DNA of 62,002 nucleotides, filler included, from Sandaracinaceae bacterium (lineage in GTDB: Bacteria > Myxococcota_A > Polyangia > Polyangiales > JADJQN01): NCBI GenBank assembly GCA_947483975.1. It is 6 parts of 6 records of this genome, joined end to end, with 100 filler letters (N's around TTAATTAATTAA, not from the genome) between each part and the next. Parts side by side here need not be neighbours in the genome. Positions count along the whole stretch, not along the records: positions 31,273 to 41,459 come from CANKOL010000177.1; positions 41,560 to 51,740 come from CANKOL010000178.1; 4 more parts are not named here. One strand, 5' to 3'. Shown in pieces: positions 38,557-47,772 of this stretch. Both the position numbers and the translations under genes were made by a program. The notes beneath the pieces are model-generated. The model ran no database searches and was not told the origin of the DNA. It saw only the letters and a program-made list of their open reading frames with translations. Every line of letters begins with the position of its first letter. Position 1 is the stretch's first letter.

Positions 38557-39576
38557 ATGACCTACGCCATGAAGCCGCTCTTCGACGCCCCTCCCGACCT
38601 CGACGGCAAGGTCATCCTGATCACGGGCGGCACTGGCTCGTTCGGCCAAGCGTTCACGCGGCGGCTGCTCTCGGCGCACAAGCCCGCGAAGGTGATCGTC
38701 TTCTCGCGCGACGAGCAGAAGCACGTCGTGATGGAGCAGAAGCTGCGCGACCCGCGCGTGCGCTACTTCGTCGGCGATGTGCGCGATCGCGAGCGCCTGA
38801 TGCGCGCCTTCGACGGCGTCGACATCGTCGTGCACGCCGCCGCGATGAAGCACGTGCACGTCGCCGAGTACAACCCGATCGAGGCGATCCGCACGAACGT
38901 CGACGGCGCGGCGAACGTGATCGACGCCGCGCTCGAGCGGCGCGTCGGGCGCGTGATCGCGCTCTCGACGGACAAGGCCGCGTCGCCGGTCAACCTCTAC
39001 GGCGCGACCAAGCTCTGCATGGAGAAGCTCTTCGTCGCCGCGAACTCCTACGCGGGCGGGCGCAAGACGCGCTTCGATCTCGTGCGCTACGGCAACGTCG
39101 TCGGCAGCAACGGCAGCGTGGTGCCGCTCTTCCTCGAGCAGCGCAAGACCGGCAAGCTGACGATCACGGACGCGTCGATGACGCGCTTCTGGATCGGCAT
39201 GGACCGCGCGATCGACCTCGTGCTCCTCGCGCTGAAGGAGGGGCTCGGCGGCGAGGTCTTCATCCCGCGCATCCCCGCGTGCACCGTCGAGGTGCTCGCC
39301 GAGGCGCTCGCGCCAGGCAAGCCGCGCGAGATCATCGGCATCCGCCCCGGCGAGAAGCTGCACGAGACGCTGATCACGCCCGACGAGTCGCGCACGGTCG
39401 CCGAGTACGACCAGTTCTACGTGATCAAGCCGAGCTTCCCGTCGTGGGGCGGTCCTGTGCGCACGACGGGCGCTCCGGTCGCGCAGAATTTCTCGTTCTC
39501 GAGCGGCAGCGCCTACGCGCTCAGCGTCGACGAGACGCGCGCGCTGCTCGACGAGCTCGGCTTTCAGGCGAGCTGA
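38557..39576 (+). CDS. pseB: UDP-GlcNAc 4,6-dehydratase (inverting)
   Basis: ITGGTGSFG, HAAAMKHV, LSTDKA, NLYGATK, RYGNVVGS, GIRPGEKLHE. Confidence 0.92.
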   Translation: MTYAMKPLFDAPPDLDGKVILITGGTGSFGQAFTRRLLSAHKPAKVIVFSRDEQKHVVMEQKLRDPRVRYFVGDVRDRERLMRAFDGVDIVVHAAAMKHVHVAEYNPIEAIRTNVDGAANVIDAALERRVGRVIALSTDKAASPVNLYGATKLCMEKLFVAANSYAGGRKTRFDLVRYGNVVGSNGSVVPLFLEQRKTGKLTITDASMTRFWIGMDRAIDLVLLALKEGLGGEVFIPRIPACTVEVLAEALAPGKPREIIGIRPGEKLHETLITPDESRTVAEYDQFYVIKPSFPSWGGPVRTTGAPVAQNFSFSSGSAYALSVDETRALLDELGFQAS

Positions 39577-39632
39577 GCGGCAGGCCAGCTAAACGGCAGG
39601 CCAGCTAAACGGCAGGCCAGCTGAGCGGCAGG
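39574..39632. repeat. 16-nt tandem repeat between convergent genes
   Basis: cggcaggccagct(aaa/gag), about 3.5 copies. Confidence 0.8.
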
Positions 39633-39637
39633 CGAGC

Positions 39638-40111
39638 TCAGAGTTCGAGCTCGTACCGCTGCGCCGCGGCGCCGCCCAGCGCTGCGTCGCCGACCAGCGC
39701 GTAGCCCGTCGCGAGGAACGCGCGCGCGCTCGCCTCGTTGCTCGCCTTCACGAACGCGCGCAGCCGCGCGTAGCCGAGCGCCCGCGCCTCGGCCGTGAGC
39801 GCGGCGAGCAGCGCTCGACCGACGCCGCGCCCGCGCGCCTCTGGAGCGATGTTCAGGCTGACGACGGCGACGTGCGGCTCGTCGTCCGCGCGATCGAGGC
39901 GCGCCGTGCCGACGGGCGCTCCTGCGCGCTCGGCGACGTAGAGGTGCCGACGCTCGTTGACGAGCACCGCGGTCAGCCACGCGAGGTGCGTGTCCCAGGC
40001 GATCGGCTCGCCCTGCGCCGACGCGCTGCGCGCGACCGGATCGTTGGCCCAAGCGTAGAGCCGCTCGGCGTCGTCGACGCGCGCGGCGCGGAGCGCGACG
40101 ACGTCGCTCAA
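39638..40111 (-). CDS. GNAT N-acetyltransferase, PseH-like
   Basis: WANDPVAR, HLAWL, RGRGVG, NEASARAF; TTGA overlap with the synthase stop. Confidence 0.75.
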   Translation of the reverse strand: MSDVVALRAARVDDAERLYAWANDPVARSASAQGEPIAWDTHLAWLTAVLVNERRHLYVAERAGAPVGTARLDRADDEPHVAVVSLNIAPEARGRGVGRALLAALTAEARALGYARLRAFVKASNEASARAFLATGYALVGDAALGGAAAQRYELEL

Positions 40112-41166
40112 GCGAGGCCCTCGACGTCCGCTAGCGCGAGGAGCGCCTCGGCCTCGAGGTCCCGCGCCGCGGGCTTGCCGAGCACGCTGTCGAGCAGCTC
40201 CGGCGGCAGCCCATCGCCGCGCTTGCCGCGCCGGAGCACGTCGACGTTCTCGCGCGTCAGCAGCTCGCCCTTCTGCACGGGGCGCGTCGTGAACAGCGCG
40301 CGCCGCGCGAATTGCCGCAGCTCCTCCTCGACCGGCTGCACGATCTTCTCGCCGGTGCCGAGCGCCGCCTCGATGGCGCGCACGCCGGCGACGAGCTCCG
40401 CCAACCCCGCAGGCTCGATCGCGAACGCGTGATCGGGCCCCGGCAGCCGACGGCTCAGCGTGTAGTGCTTCTCGATCACCGACGCGCCGAGCGCCGCCGC
40501 CGCCATCGGCGCGATCGCGGGCTCCTTGGAGTGATCGGAGAGCCCCGTCGGGACGCCGAGCCGCTCGCGGATCGTGACGAGCGCGCGCACGTTGATCGAT
40601 GAGAGCGGCGACGGATACGACGCCGTGCACTGCAGCACGACGAGCGACTCGCAGCCGGCCTCGCGCACCGCGGCGACCGCCCGCTCGACCTCGGCGAGCG
40701 TGGACGCGCCCGTCGACATGATCACGGGCTTGCCCGTCCGCGCGACGGCGCGCAGCAGCGGCACGTGCGTCATCTCGTAGGACGCGATCTTGAACGCGTC
40801 GACGTACGGCTCGAGGAGCGCGACAGCCTCCTCGTGAAACGGGCTCGAGAGGAACGCGAGCCCGAGCGCGTGCGCGCGCGCCGAGAGCCCGGGCCACCAC
40901 TCGCTCGGCGTCTCGAGGGACGCGATGATGTCGTAGATGGAGCGCTTGTCGCCGAGGTAGTCGCTCGTGCCGGCGGACCTCGGATAGAGCTTCTTCGCGC
41001 TGAACGTCTGAAATTTCACGGCGCAGGCGCCGGCCTCTGCGGCGGCGTCGATCAGCGCGTTGGCCATCTCCAGGCTGCCGTTGTGGTTGGAGCCCGCCTC
41101 GGCGATGAGGAAGCACGGAGCGCCCGCGCCGACTGGCTTACCGAAGATCTCGAAGCGCTGTTTCAT
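40108..41166 (-). CDS. NeuB/PseI-family nonulosonic acid synthase with SAF domain
   Basis: IAEAGSNHNG, KFQ, KIAS, MSTG, CTASYP, GLSDH, IEKHYT. Confidence 0.9.
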   Translation of the reverse strand: MKQRFEIFGKPVGAGAPCFLIAEAGSNHNGSLEMANALIDAAAEAGACAVKFQTFSAKKLYPRSAGTSDYLGDKRSIYDIIASLETPSEWWPGLSARAHALGLAFLSSPFHEEAVALLEPYVDAFKIASYEMTHVPLLRAVARTGKPVIMSTGASTLAEVERAVAAVREAGCESLVVLQCTASYPSPLSSINVRALVTIRERLGVPTGLSDHSKEPAIAPMAAAALGASVIEKHYTLSRRLPGPDHAFAIEPAGLAELVAGVRAIEAALGTGEKIVQPVEEELRQFARRALFTTRPVQKGELLTRENVDVLRRGKRGDGLPPELLDSVLGKPAARDLEAEALLALADVEGLA

Positions 41167-41194
41167 GCACCGTCCTCCATGCTCTGGCTCTGGC

Positions 41195-41459
41195 TCAGGC
41201 ACCGAGCGAGCGACGCTCGCTGACGTCGATGAGCGCGTCGATCACGCGTAGCACGCCGCGCCCGTCGACGAGCGTGCGCGCGGCCCGCGACATCGCGGCG
41301 AGGCGCAGCCCGTCGTCGTGGAGCACGAACGCCGCGGCGACGAGCGCAGCGGGCGTCGTCTCGCCGACGTAGCCCGCGTCGAGCCCCGCGCCTGCCTGCG
41401 CGAGCCCCGCGCCGACGACGCGCTGATTCGCCGCGACCGACACACAGAGCGACGGCACG
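41195..41459 (-). CDS. C-terminus of a PseG/SpsG-like hydrolase, truncated
   Basis: VPSLCVSVAANQ...LVDGRGVLRV. Confidence 0.75.
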
Positions 41460-41559
41460 NNNNNNNNNNNNNNNNNNNNNNNNNNNNNNNNNNNNNNNNN
41501 NNNTTAATTAATTAANNNNNNNNNNNNNNNNNNNNNNNNNNNNNNNNNNNNNNNNNNNN
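41460..41559. other. Artificial contig linker
   Basis: N44-TTAATTAATTAA-N44. Confidence 0.98.
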
Positions 41560-43952
41560 GGCGCGCCGCCGAGGAAGTGCCAGCCGACGAGCGCCGCGCC
41601 GCCGAGCAGCACGACGGTGCCGGCGAGCGCCATCGGCAGCTTCGACGCGCGGGCCGGTGCGGGGCCCGACTGCCTCGCCGCGGCCAAGAGCGCAGGGGCC
41701 GCGACGTCGCTCAGCGTCGCTTTGTTCGAGTGGGGAGGCTCGAGCAAGTCTGGAGCTTCCGACGCCTCAGGGACTTCGGTGGGGGCGGAAGAGTCCGGCT
41801 CGCCGCCATCCGGGAGCGTCTCCACGGCGTCGGCGTCAGCGTCGACCTCGTGCCCGGCGGGCTCCGCCTCGAGCGGGTCCTCGTGGGACTCCATCACCAC
41901 CAGCGGAGCCTCTGCCTGCGGGGCGACCGACGTCGGCGTCGCGAGGCCGTGCAGCGTCGGCGTGTGATGTGGACGCCACGCGGGTTCGGCGTCGTGGGTC
42001 GGGCGCGGCGCCGGCTCGGTGTGCAGGTGCGGCGGCCGAGAGGAGCGCGCGGGCGGAGCGACGCTCTCTGGCTCGAGCAGCGAAGCGAGGTCGCCCAGGG
42101 GCAGATGATTCACGCGGACCGGCGCGGCGACGGGCTCGTGCGCGACGGTAGGCGAGTCGAGCTCCGCGAGCGCGCGTTTGACCGCCGTCGCCTCGTCCTC
42201 CATCGCCTCGTCCTCGACCGTCTTGTCCTCGACCGTCTTGTCCTCGACCGTCTTGTCCTCGATCGACGCCGGGCTCTCGAGCGTCGCCTCTTCGGCCGTC
42301 ACCGCCGCGACCGCGAACGGCGAGTCGAGCTGCGCGACTGGCGAGGCGCTCGCCGGACCCGGCGCGTTGAGGTCGCCCGCGGCGGTCGCCGTGGGAGGCG
42401 GCGACGAGAGCCTGCTGGGCGAATTCTCGCGGCCCGCCGTGGCGAGCGCGTCCTCGACCGGGAGGAGGATGTTGGCGGTGTTCGGAGCGCGGCGGCGCTC
42501 GATGCGCAGCAGGCCAGTGTTCATCTCGAGCAGGTGGGCGAGCGCGGGCAGGCCCTCGAGCCCGTCGGCGGTCGCGCCCGCGACGAGGCCGTTCGCGAGG
42601 TCGACGTGGACGTGGGAGAGGTCCTCGAGCGCGCTGACGCCGAGGACGTGCGGCGCGAGCGCGAGCGCGCGCAGGATGCGCGACGGGCCGATGCCCTCGA
42701 CGTCGAGGTCGAAGCGCGCCTCCTCGATGACGCGGCCGGCGATCTCACGCTCGGCGGAGCGGTGGGGCGCGACGCGCGCCGCGAGGGCGCTCATCCGCGG
42801 CACGCCGATGCCCGCGGGCCAGATCTCGTCCCAGCCGACGATCATCAGGGCGGCCCAGCGCAGCCGCGGGTCGCGCGCCAGCAGCTGGGGCACATCGAGG
42901 CCGCGACCGGTGTTGCTCGCCGCGTCGAGGAGCACGACCTCCGGGTCGAGCTCGCGTCCGCGCGCGAGGCCGCGCTCCGAGCGTCCGCTCACCACGACCG
43001 TCGAGCCGCGGGCGCGTAGCTCCTGCGCGAGCGCGTCAGCCCGGCTCGGATCGTCGTACACGAGCAGCACGCGCGCGCCCCGCAGCGCCAGCGTCGCGCC
43101 ATCGTCGAGATCCGCGAGCATCGACGCGTCGAACTTCATCTGCGGCGGGCGGGCGGCGAGGGCGGCGCGGGCGCCGTCGAGGTCCCCGTGCTGCACGAGG
43201 GCGCGGATTCGCTCGACGAAGATCTGGATCGCCTCCGCCATCTCGCGGCCCGGCGCGGCGACCGATTGCCCGTCGTCCTCCGGCACGAGGAGGCCGAGCT
43301 CTTTTCGAATGACGGCCGTCAGCTCGTCGAGCGTCACCTCGACGCCAGCCGCGCCGCGCGTCGAGTGATCCGCCACGCGCCACGCGAGATCGCCGATGCG
43401 CGCGGCCATCGCGTCGACGCTCGCCTGCCGCTCGATCACGGCGATCGCGCCCGAGCGAAGCGCCCGCAGCCGGCGGTCGAGCGCCGCCGCGTCGCCGTCC
43501 TCGAGCACCGCCACCGGAAGCCGCGCCGTCGTCGCGCGACCCGCGAGCGTCTTGATCACGAGCTGCCCGCCCTCGGCCGCCGCGTCGCCGATCAACATCA
43601 CGAGGTCCGGAGCCCGCGCGACGGCCGCCGCCGCGGCGCGCTCGGTGGGCGAGATCATGACGCCGAGGCCGCGTTGCTTCAGGGAGGCCGCGAGCGCGTC
43701 CGTCGTCGGTTCGCCGTCGCCGACGAGCAGCACGAGCGGAGGTCGGGTCGGACGCTTGCTAGGCGCGTTCGAGCCGCTGCGCGCTTCAGGTGCGGCGGAG
43801 CCGCTGCGCGCTTCAGGTGCGGCGGAGCCGCTGCGCGCTTCAGGCGCCGTCGAGCCGTCAGCCGTGGGCGCAGCATACGGCGCGGGCGCGAGACGCCCCG
43901 CGGCAGGGAGACTTCGGGGGCGCGGAGGGGCCGTGTCGGGCGGGTCGACCAT
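41560..43952 (-). CDS. Multidomain regulator with two degenerate receiver domains, a DUF4388-like region and a TM helix; truncated
   Basis: LVLLVGD...PDLVML and RVLLVYDD...PEVVLLD receiver-like units, a low-complexity linker, then a TM helix at the break. Confidence 0.6.
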
Positions 43953-43990
43953 CGACAGCGCATGATTGCACGCCTACCCCCGGAACAGCG

Positions 43991-44530
43991 ATGAAAGTGA
44001 AGCCCCTCGAACAGTCCCGCGGCGAAGTGCGGGCGGAGCTCGACCGGCTCCGGCACCCGTTCCGCATCGCGCTGATCCGCGCGAAGAACGGCTTCAACAT
44101 CGGCGCGATCGTGCGCACGGCCCACAGCTTCTTGGCCCGCGAGATCATCCTCGTCGGCTCCGAGCCCTGGTACGAGCGCGCCGCGATGGGCATGCAGCGC
44201 TACGAGAACCTGCGCGAGGTCCCCGACGAGGACGCCTTCTTGGCGCTCGCCGCCGAGCACGGCTGGAAGCTCGTCGTCTTCGAGAAGGACGTCGCGCGCG
44301 CCGGTCTCTGGGACTGTCGGCTGCCCGAGGACGCGGTGCTCGTCTTCGGCAACGAGGACACCGGCGTGCCCGAAGCGATCGTGCGCGCGGCCCACGAGGT
44401 GGTCGCGATCCCGATGTACGGCATCAACCACAGCTACCCCATCACGGTGGCCGCAGGAATCGGCATGGCGGAGTGGGCTCGCCGCTACTACGCGGGCGGT
44501 CGCACCGTCGTCCCGAACGCCGACGTCTGA
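43991..44530 (+). CDS. TrmH/SpoU family RNA methyltransferase
   Basis: NIGAIVRT, VFGNEDTG, IPMYGINHSY. Confidence 0.9.
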   Translation: MKVKPLEQSRGEVRAELDRLRHPFRIALIRAKNGFNIGAIVRTAHSFLAREIILVGSEPWYERAAMGMQRYENLREVPDEDAFLALAAEHGWKLVVFEKDVARAGLWDCRLPEDAVLVFGNEDTGVPEAIVRAAHEVVAIPMYGINHSYPITVAAGIGMAEWARRYYAGGRTVVPNADV

Positions 44531-44536
44531 CGGCCC

Positions 44537-44564
44537 TTGCGAAGTGCCGCGCGATCGCTACACT
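44537..44564 (+). promoter_or_regulatory. Putative sigma70 promoter of tRNA-His
   Basis: TTGCGA-16 nt-TACACT followed by a GC-rich discriminator. Confidence 0.5.
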
Positions 44565-44576
44565 CGCGGCTCTTCT

Positions 44577-44653
44577 GGTGGCTGTAGCTCAGTTGGTAGA
44601 GCGTCGGATTGTGGTTCCGAATGTCGCGGGTTCAAGCCCCGTCAGTCACCCCA
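44577..44653 (+). tRNA. tRNA-His(GTG)
   Basis: G-1, acceptor GTGGCTG/CAGTCAC, anticodon arm TCGGA-ttGTGgt-TCCGA, GGTTCAAG T-loop, encoded CCA. Confidence 0.97.
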
Positions 44654-44706
44654 CAGGAGGAGGTTCGCTCCGCTTGCTGCGCTCGTCACGGTCTTCCGGG
44701 GCGAGC

Positions 44707-44734
44707 TTGACAACCCGAACGTATCGCTTACAAC
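44707..44734 (+). promoter_or_regulatory. Putative sigma70 promoter of tRNA-Arg/tRNA-Lys
   Basis: TTGACA-16 nt-TACAAC. Confidence 0.6.
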
Positions 44735-44758
44735 GCGCGCCGTTCGGAGTTGGCCAGA

Positions 44759-44832
44759 GCGCTCGTAGCTCAGCTGGATAGAGCATCGGACTTCGAATCC
44801 GGCGGTCGGGTGTTCGAATCACCCCGGGCGCG
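44759..44832 (+). tRNA. tRNA-Arg(TCG)
   Basis: Acceptor GCGCTCG/CGGGCGC, D-arm TAGCTCAGCTGGATAGAGC, anticodon loop ctTCGaa, GTTCGAATC; CCA not encoded. Confidence 0.95.
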
Positions 44833-44970
44833 CAACCCAGTGGCAGGTTCTCGGAAGGCAGGTCTCGGCAGGCAGGTTCTCGGCAGGCAGGGTCTTCGTT
44901 GGCAGGCAGTGGTTCGCAGGCAGTGGTTCGCAGATCGTCGCTCGCAGTTCGGCCTTTCGCTCGGTTTTCA

Positions 44971-45043
44971 GGGTCATTAGCTCAATTGGTAGAGCAGTGG
45001 ATTCTTAATCCATTGGCTCCCGGTTCAAGTCCGGGATGACCCA
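44971..45043 (+). tRNA. tRNA-Lys(CTT)
   Basis: Acceptor GGGTCAT/ATGACCC, anticodon loop ttCTTaa, GGTTCAAGTCC. Confidence 0.95.
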
Positions 45044-45153
45044 CTCCTGACGCCTCGGATCTTCCCGGTCCGAGGCGTTTTCCGTGGTGCGAGCCTCGCC
45101 GTCGCGTCCGCTGGTTGCTTCCGCCTGCGCGGGGGTCGCATGCTCGCGCGCAG

Positions 45154-46752
45154 ATGACGCCTGACGACGCCGCCGTGCCCGCGCTGCCTGCTCGCCGCCC
45201 CGCTTGGCTCGACGTCGCCGCGCTCGTCGCGTTCGTCGTGCTCGCGTACGCGGCGAGCGTGTCGCGCGCCTGGCTCAGCTACGACGACGACTGGCTCGTG
45301 CGCGACAATCCTGTGATGCGCGAGGCCTCCCCGCGCGCGCTCGGGGCGATCGTCGGGGACCTCTCCGTGCCGACGCGCCTCGCCCTCGGCGCGGAATACC
45401 TGCCCGTGCGGGACGTCTGCGTCTGGCTCGAGGTGCGCGCGTTCGGCGACTCGCCATGGCCGATGCGCGCGCTGTCGATCGTGCTCTACGCGGCGGCGTG
45501 CGCGTTGCTCTTGCTCTGGGCGCGCCGCGTGCCGCTCGTGCCGCTGCTCGCCGTGTGGCTCTTCGCGCTGCATCCCGTGCACGTCGAGTCGGTGGCGTGG
45601 CTCGCGGGTCGCAAGGACCAACTCGCGCTGCTGTTCACGGTGGCGGCGCTGCTCGCGTACGCGAGCGAGCGGGTCGCGCTTCGCCGCGCGCTCGTGCCGC
45701 TGCTCGTCGCGCTCGCGTGCTTCTCGAAGGCGACGAGCGTCGTCGTGCCGGCGCTGCTCGTCGCCCACGATGCGCTCACGCGTCGCCGTCCCGACCGGCT
45801 CGCGCTCGGGCTCGCCAGCATCCCCGCCGCGCTCGCTGCGCTCGTGCACATGCACGTCGGCGGGCTCGTCTCGATGTACGCGCAGCTGCCCGGTGGCTCG
45901 CACGCCGCGGCGATCGCCACGATGGCGCCGGTGTTCTGGCGGTACGTCGCGCTCTCGTTTGGCGCCGTCCGCGTCTCGCTCGTGCACGCGGTCCCCGTCC
46001 GCACGCTCGCCGAGCCGGTGGCGCTCGCCGCGCTCGCCGCGCTCGCCGCGCTCGCCGCGCTCGCCGCGTTCGCGTGGCGTCGCGGAGAGCGGCGTCCGGG
46101 CGTCGCGCTCGCGTGGTTCTGCGTCGCGCTCTTGCCGGTCAGTCAGGTGCTCGCGCCGCTGCAAAACCGCATGGCCGACCGCTACCTGCTCGTCGCGGTC
46201 TTCGGCCCGTGTCTCGCGCTCGGCGCCGTCGTCGAGGCGGTCGCGGCGCTCGCGCGCGCGCGCATGGGAGCCGCCCTCCGCGTGACGGTCGTCGCGTCGT
46301 GCTTGCTGCTGACGGTGCCCTATGCGGCGCTCTTCGCCGAGCCGCTCGCGCTGTTCAGCGACCTCTGCCTGCGCGCGCCCGCGTCGCCGCTCGGGCCGTA
46401 TCAGCTCGCGATGGCGCTGCGCGACGCGGGTCGTCTCGACGAGGTCGAGGGCGCGTTTCGCGAGGCCATGCGGCGGGACCATTTTCGCACTTCGGCGGGG
46501 CGGCGCGCCGCGAACAACCTCGCGCTGCTGCTCGCGCAGATGGGGCGACGTCAGGAGGCGATCTACGTCTTGCGTAAGGCGCACCTCGCGAGCCCGGAGG
46601 ACCCGAAGGTCCTCCACAACCTCGCGGTGCTGCTCGACGACACCGGCGCGCACGCCGAGGCGCGCCCGATGTTCGAGGAGCTAATTCGGCGCTTTCCAGG
46701 CTACGAGCCGGGGCGCGAGGCGTATCGACGGCGCGTGGGGCCGTTGCCCTGA
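45154..46752 (+). CDS. TMTC-like GT-C membrane protein with C-terminal TPRs
   Basis: SYDDDWLVRDNP, LHPVHVESVAWLAGRKD, MADRYL, then TPR repeats. Confidence 0.8.
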   Translation: MTPDDAAVPALPARRPAWLDVAALVAFVVLAYAASVSRAWLSYDDDWLVRDNPVMREASPRALGAIVGDLSVPTRLALGAEYLPVRDVCVWLEVRAFGDSPWPMRALSIVLYAAACALLLLWARRVPLVPLLAVWLFALHPVHVESVAWLAGRKDQLALLFTVAALLAYASERVALRRALVPLLVALACFSKATSVVVPALLVAHDALTRRRPDRLALGLASIPAALAALVHMHVGGLVSMYAQLPGGSHAAAIATMAPVFWRYVALSFGAVRVSLVHAVPVRTLAEPVALAALAALAALAALAAFAWRRGERRPGVALAWFCVALLPVSQVLAPLQNRMADRYLLVAVFGPCLALGAVVEAVAALARARMGAALRVTVVASCLLLTVPYAALFAEPLALFSDLCLRAPASPLGPYQLAMALRDAGRLDEVEGAFREAMRRDHFRTSAGRRAANNLALLLAQMGRRQEAIYVLRKAHLASPEDPKVLHNLAVLLDDTGAHAEARPMFEELIRRFPGYEPGREAYRRRVGPLP

Positions 46753-46755
46753 GCG

Positions 46756-47658
46756 TCAGGGGGCTGCGGCTGCGGGTTCGGCCGTGTCGTCGACGAGCGA
46801 GTAGACGAGGTTGAGGATGAGCGTGTTGTCGAGCGTCGCCTTCCCCTCCGGCGGCACCCCGTCGAAGCGCAGCGTGTGCTGCAGGCTGAGCTGAAAGTCC
46901 GCGCCGAGCTTCGAGCGAAGCTCGCTGAGCACGTTGAGCCGAACGTTGCTCGCGTGCTCGAAGTCGAACAGCGCCTCGACGCCGGTGAGGAACGTGACCG
47001 CCTCGCTGAGGTGGTTGTCGTACCCGAGGAAGACGCGGGCGGAGTGAACGACCTGCCCATCCGGGGGTGCGGGCGGCGTCGCGAGTCGCTCGGGCTCGTA
47101 GAAGAAGCGGTCGTAGGTGAGGTCGTAGCCCGCCTCGGCCCAGAGCCGATGCTTCTCCTCGTCGACGAAGTTGCGCAGGTAGCCGACCTGCCCTTGGACC
47201 CGCCCCTCGAGGCCCGCGAAACGGTCGTGTCGCCCCTGCACGGCGATCACGAGCGCGTCGTCCGTGGTCATGAAGAAGTCGTAGCGGAGCTGCCCGAAGA
47301 TGTTGCCGGCGTTCGGGTCCCAGCCACCGAAGACGTTCGTCGTCGCGTCGCGGACGGCCGCGAGCCCGTAGATCCCCGTGACGTCGGCGGTCAGCTGATG
47401 CGCGTGTCGTTTGAGCTGCAGGTGCGTGTTCGCCGAGAGCGCGAACGTGCGCGTGTTGCCGGTGTTCAGCGTGCCGCCGAGCGCGATGGTCCAGTTCGAC
47501 TTGTCAGGGTCCTCGCGCGGCGTGAGCGTCGCTTGGGCGACCGCCGTCGGGGGCGGCGTTTGGGCCCGGGCGGAGGGCGCGGTGAGGCCCAAGCCCGACA
47601 GAATCAGCGCAGCGAGGCCGGCAATACGGCAACTTCCGAGGCGGTTCCGCGTCTCCAT
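46756..47658 (-). CDS. DUF481-like outer-membrane beta-barrel protein
   Basis: Signal peptide, NTGNTRT, QLRYDFF, HDRFAGL, terminal LNLVYSL strand. Confidence 0.7.
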   Translation of the reverse strand: METRNRLGSCRIAGLAALILSGLGLTAPSARAQTPPPTAVAQATLTPREDPDKSNWTIALGGTLNTGNTRTFALSANTHLQLKRHAHQLTADVTGIYGLAAVRDATTNVFGGWDPNAGNIFGQLRYDFFMTTDDALVIAVQGRHDRFAGLEGRVQGQVGYLRNFVDEEKHRLWAEAGYDLTYDRFFYEPERLATPPAPPDGQVVHSARVFLGYDNHLSEAVTFLTGVEALFDFEHASNVRLNVLSELRSKLGADFQLSLQHTLRFDGVPPEGKATLDNTLILNLVYSLVDDTAEPAAAAP

Positions 47659-47772
47659 GTTTTCGCAAGTGTGCGCATTTCTCGCTTTGACAAGCTCGTC
47701 TCGTGTCGTCTCGTCTCGGCCGTGCGGGTCGTCGTCTCGACGGGCTTCGCCGCGCGTGTTCGACTCGCGCGC

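Noticed and set aside
44577..45110. tRNA-targeted genomic island or prophage
   Set aside because: No integrase and no duplicated tRNA 3' end on this contig; downstream genes look host-like.
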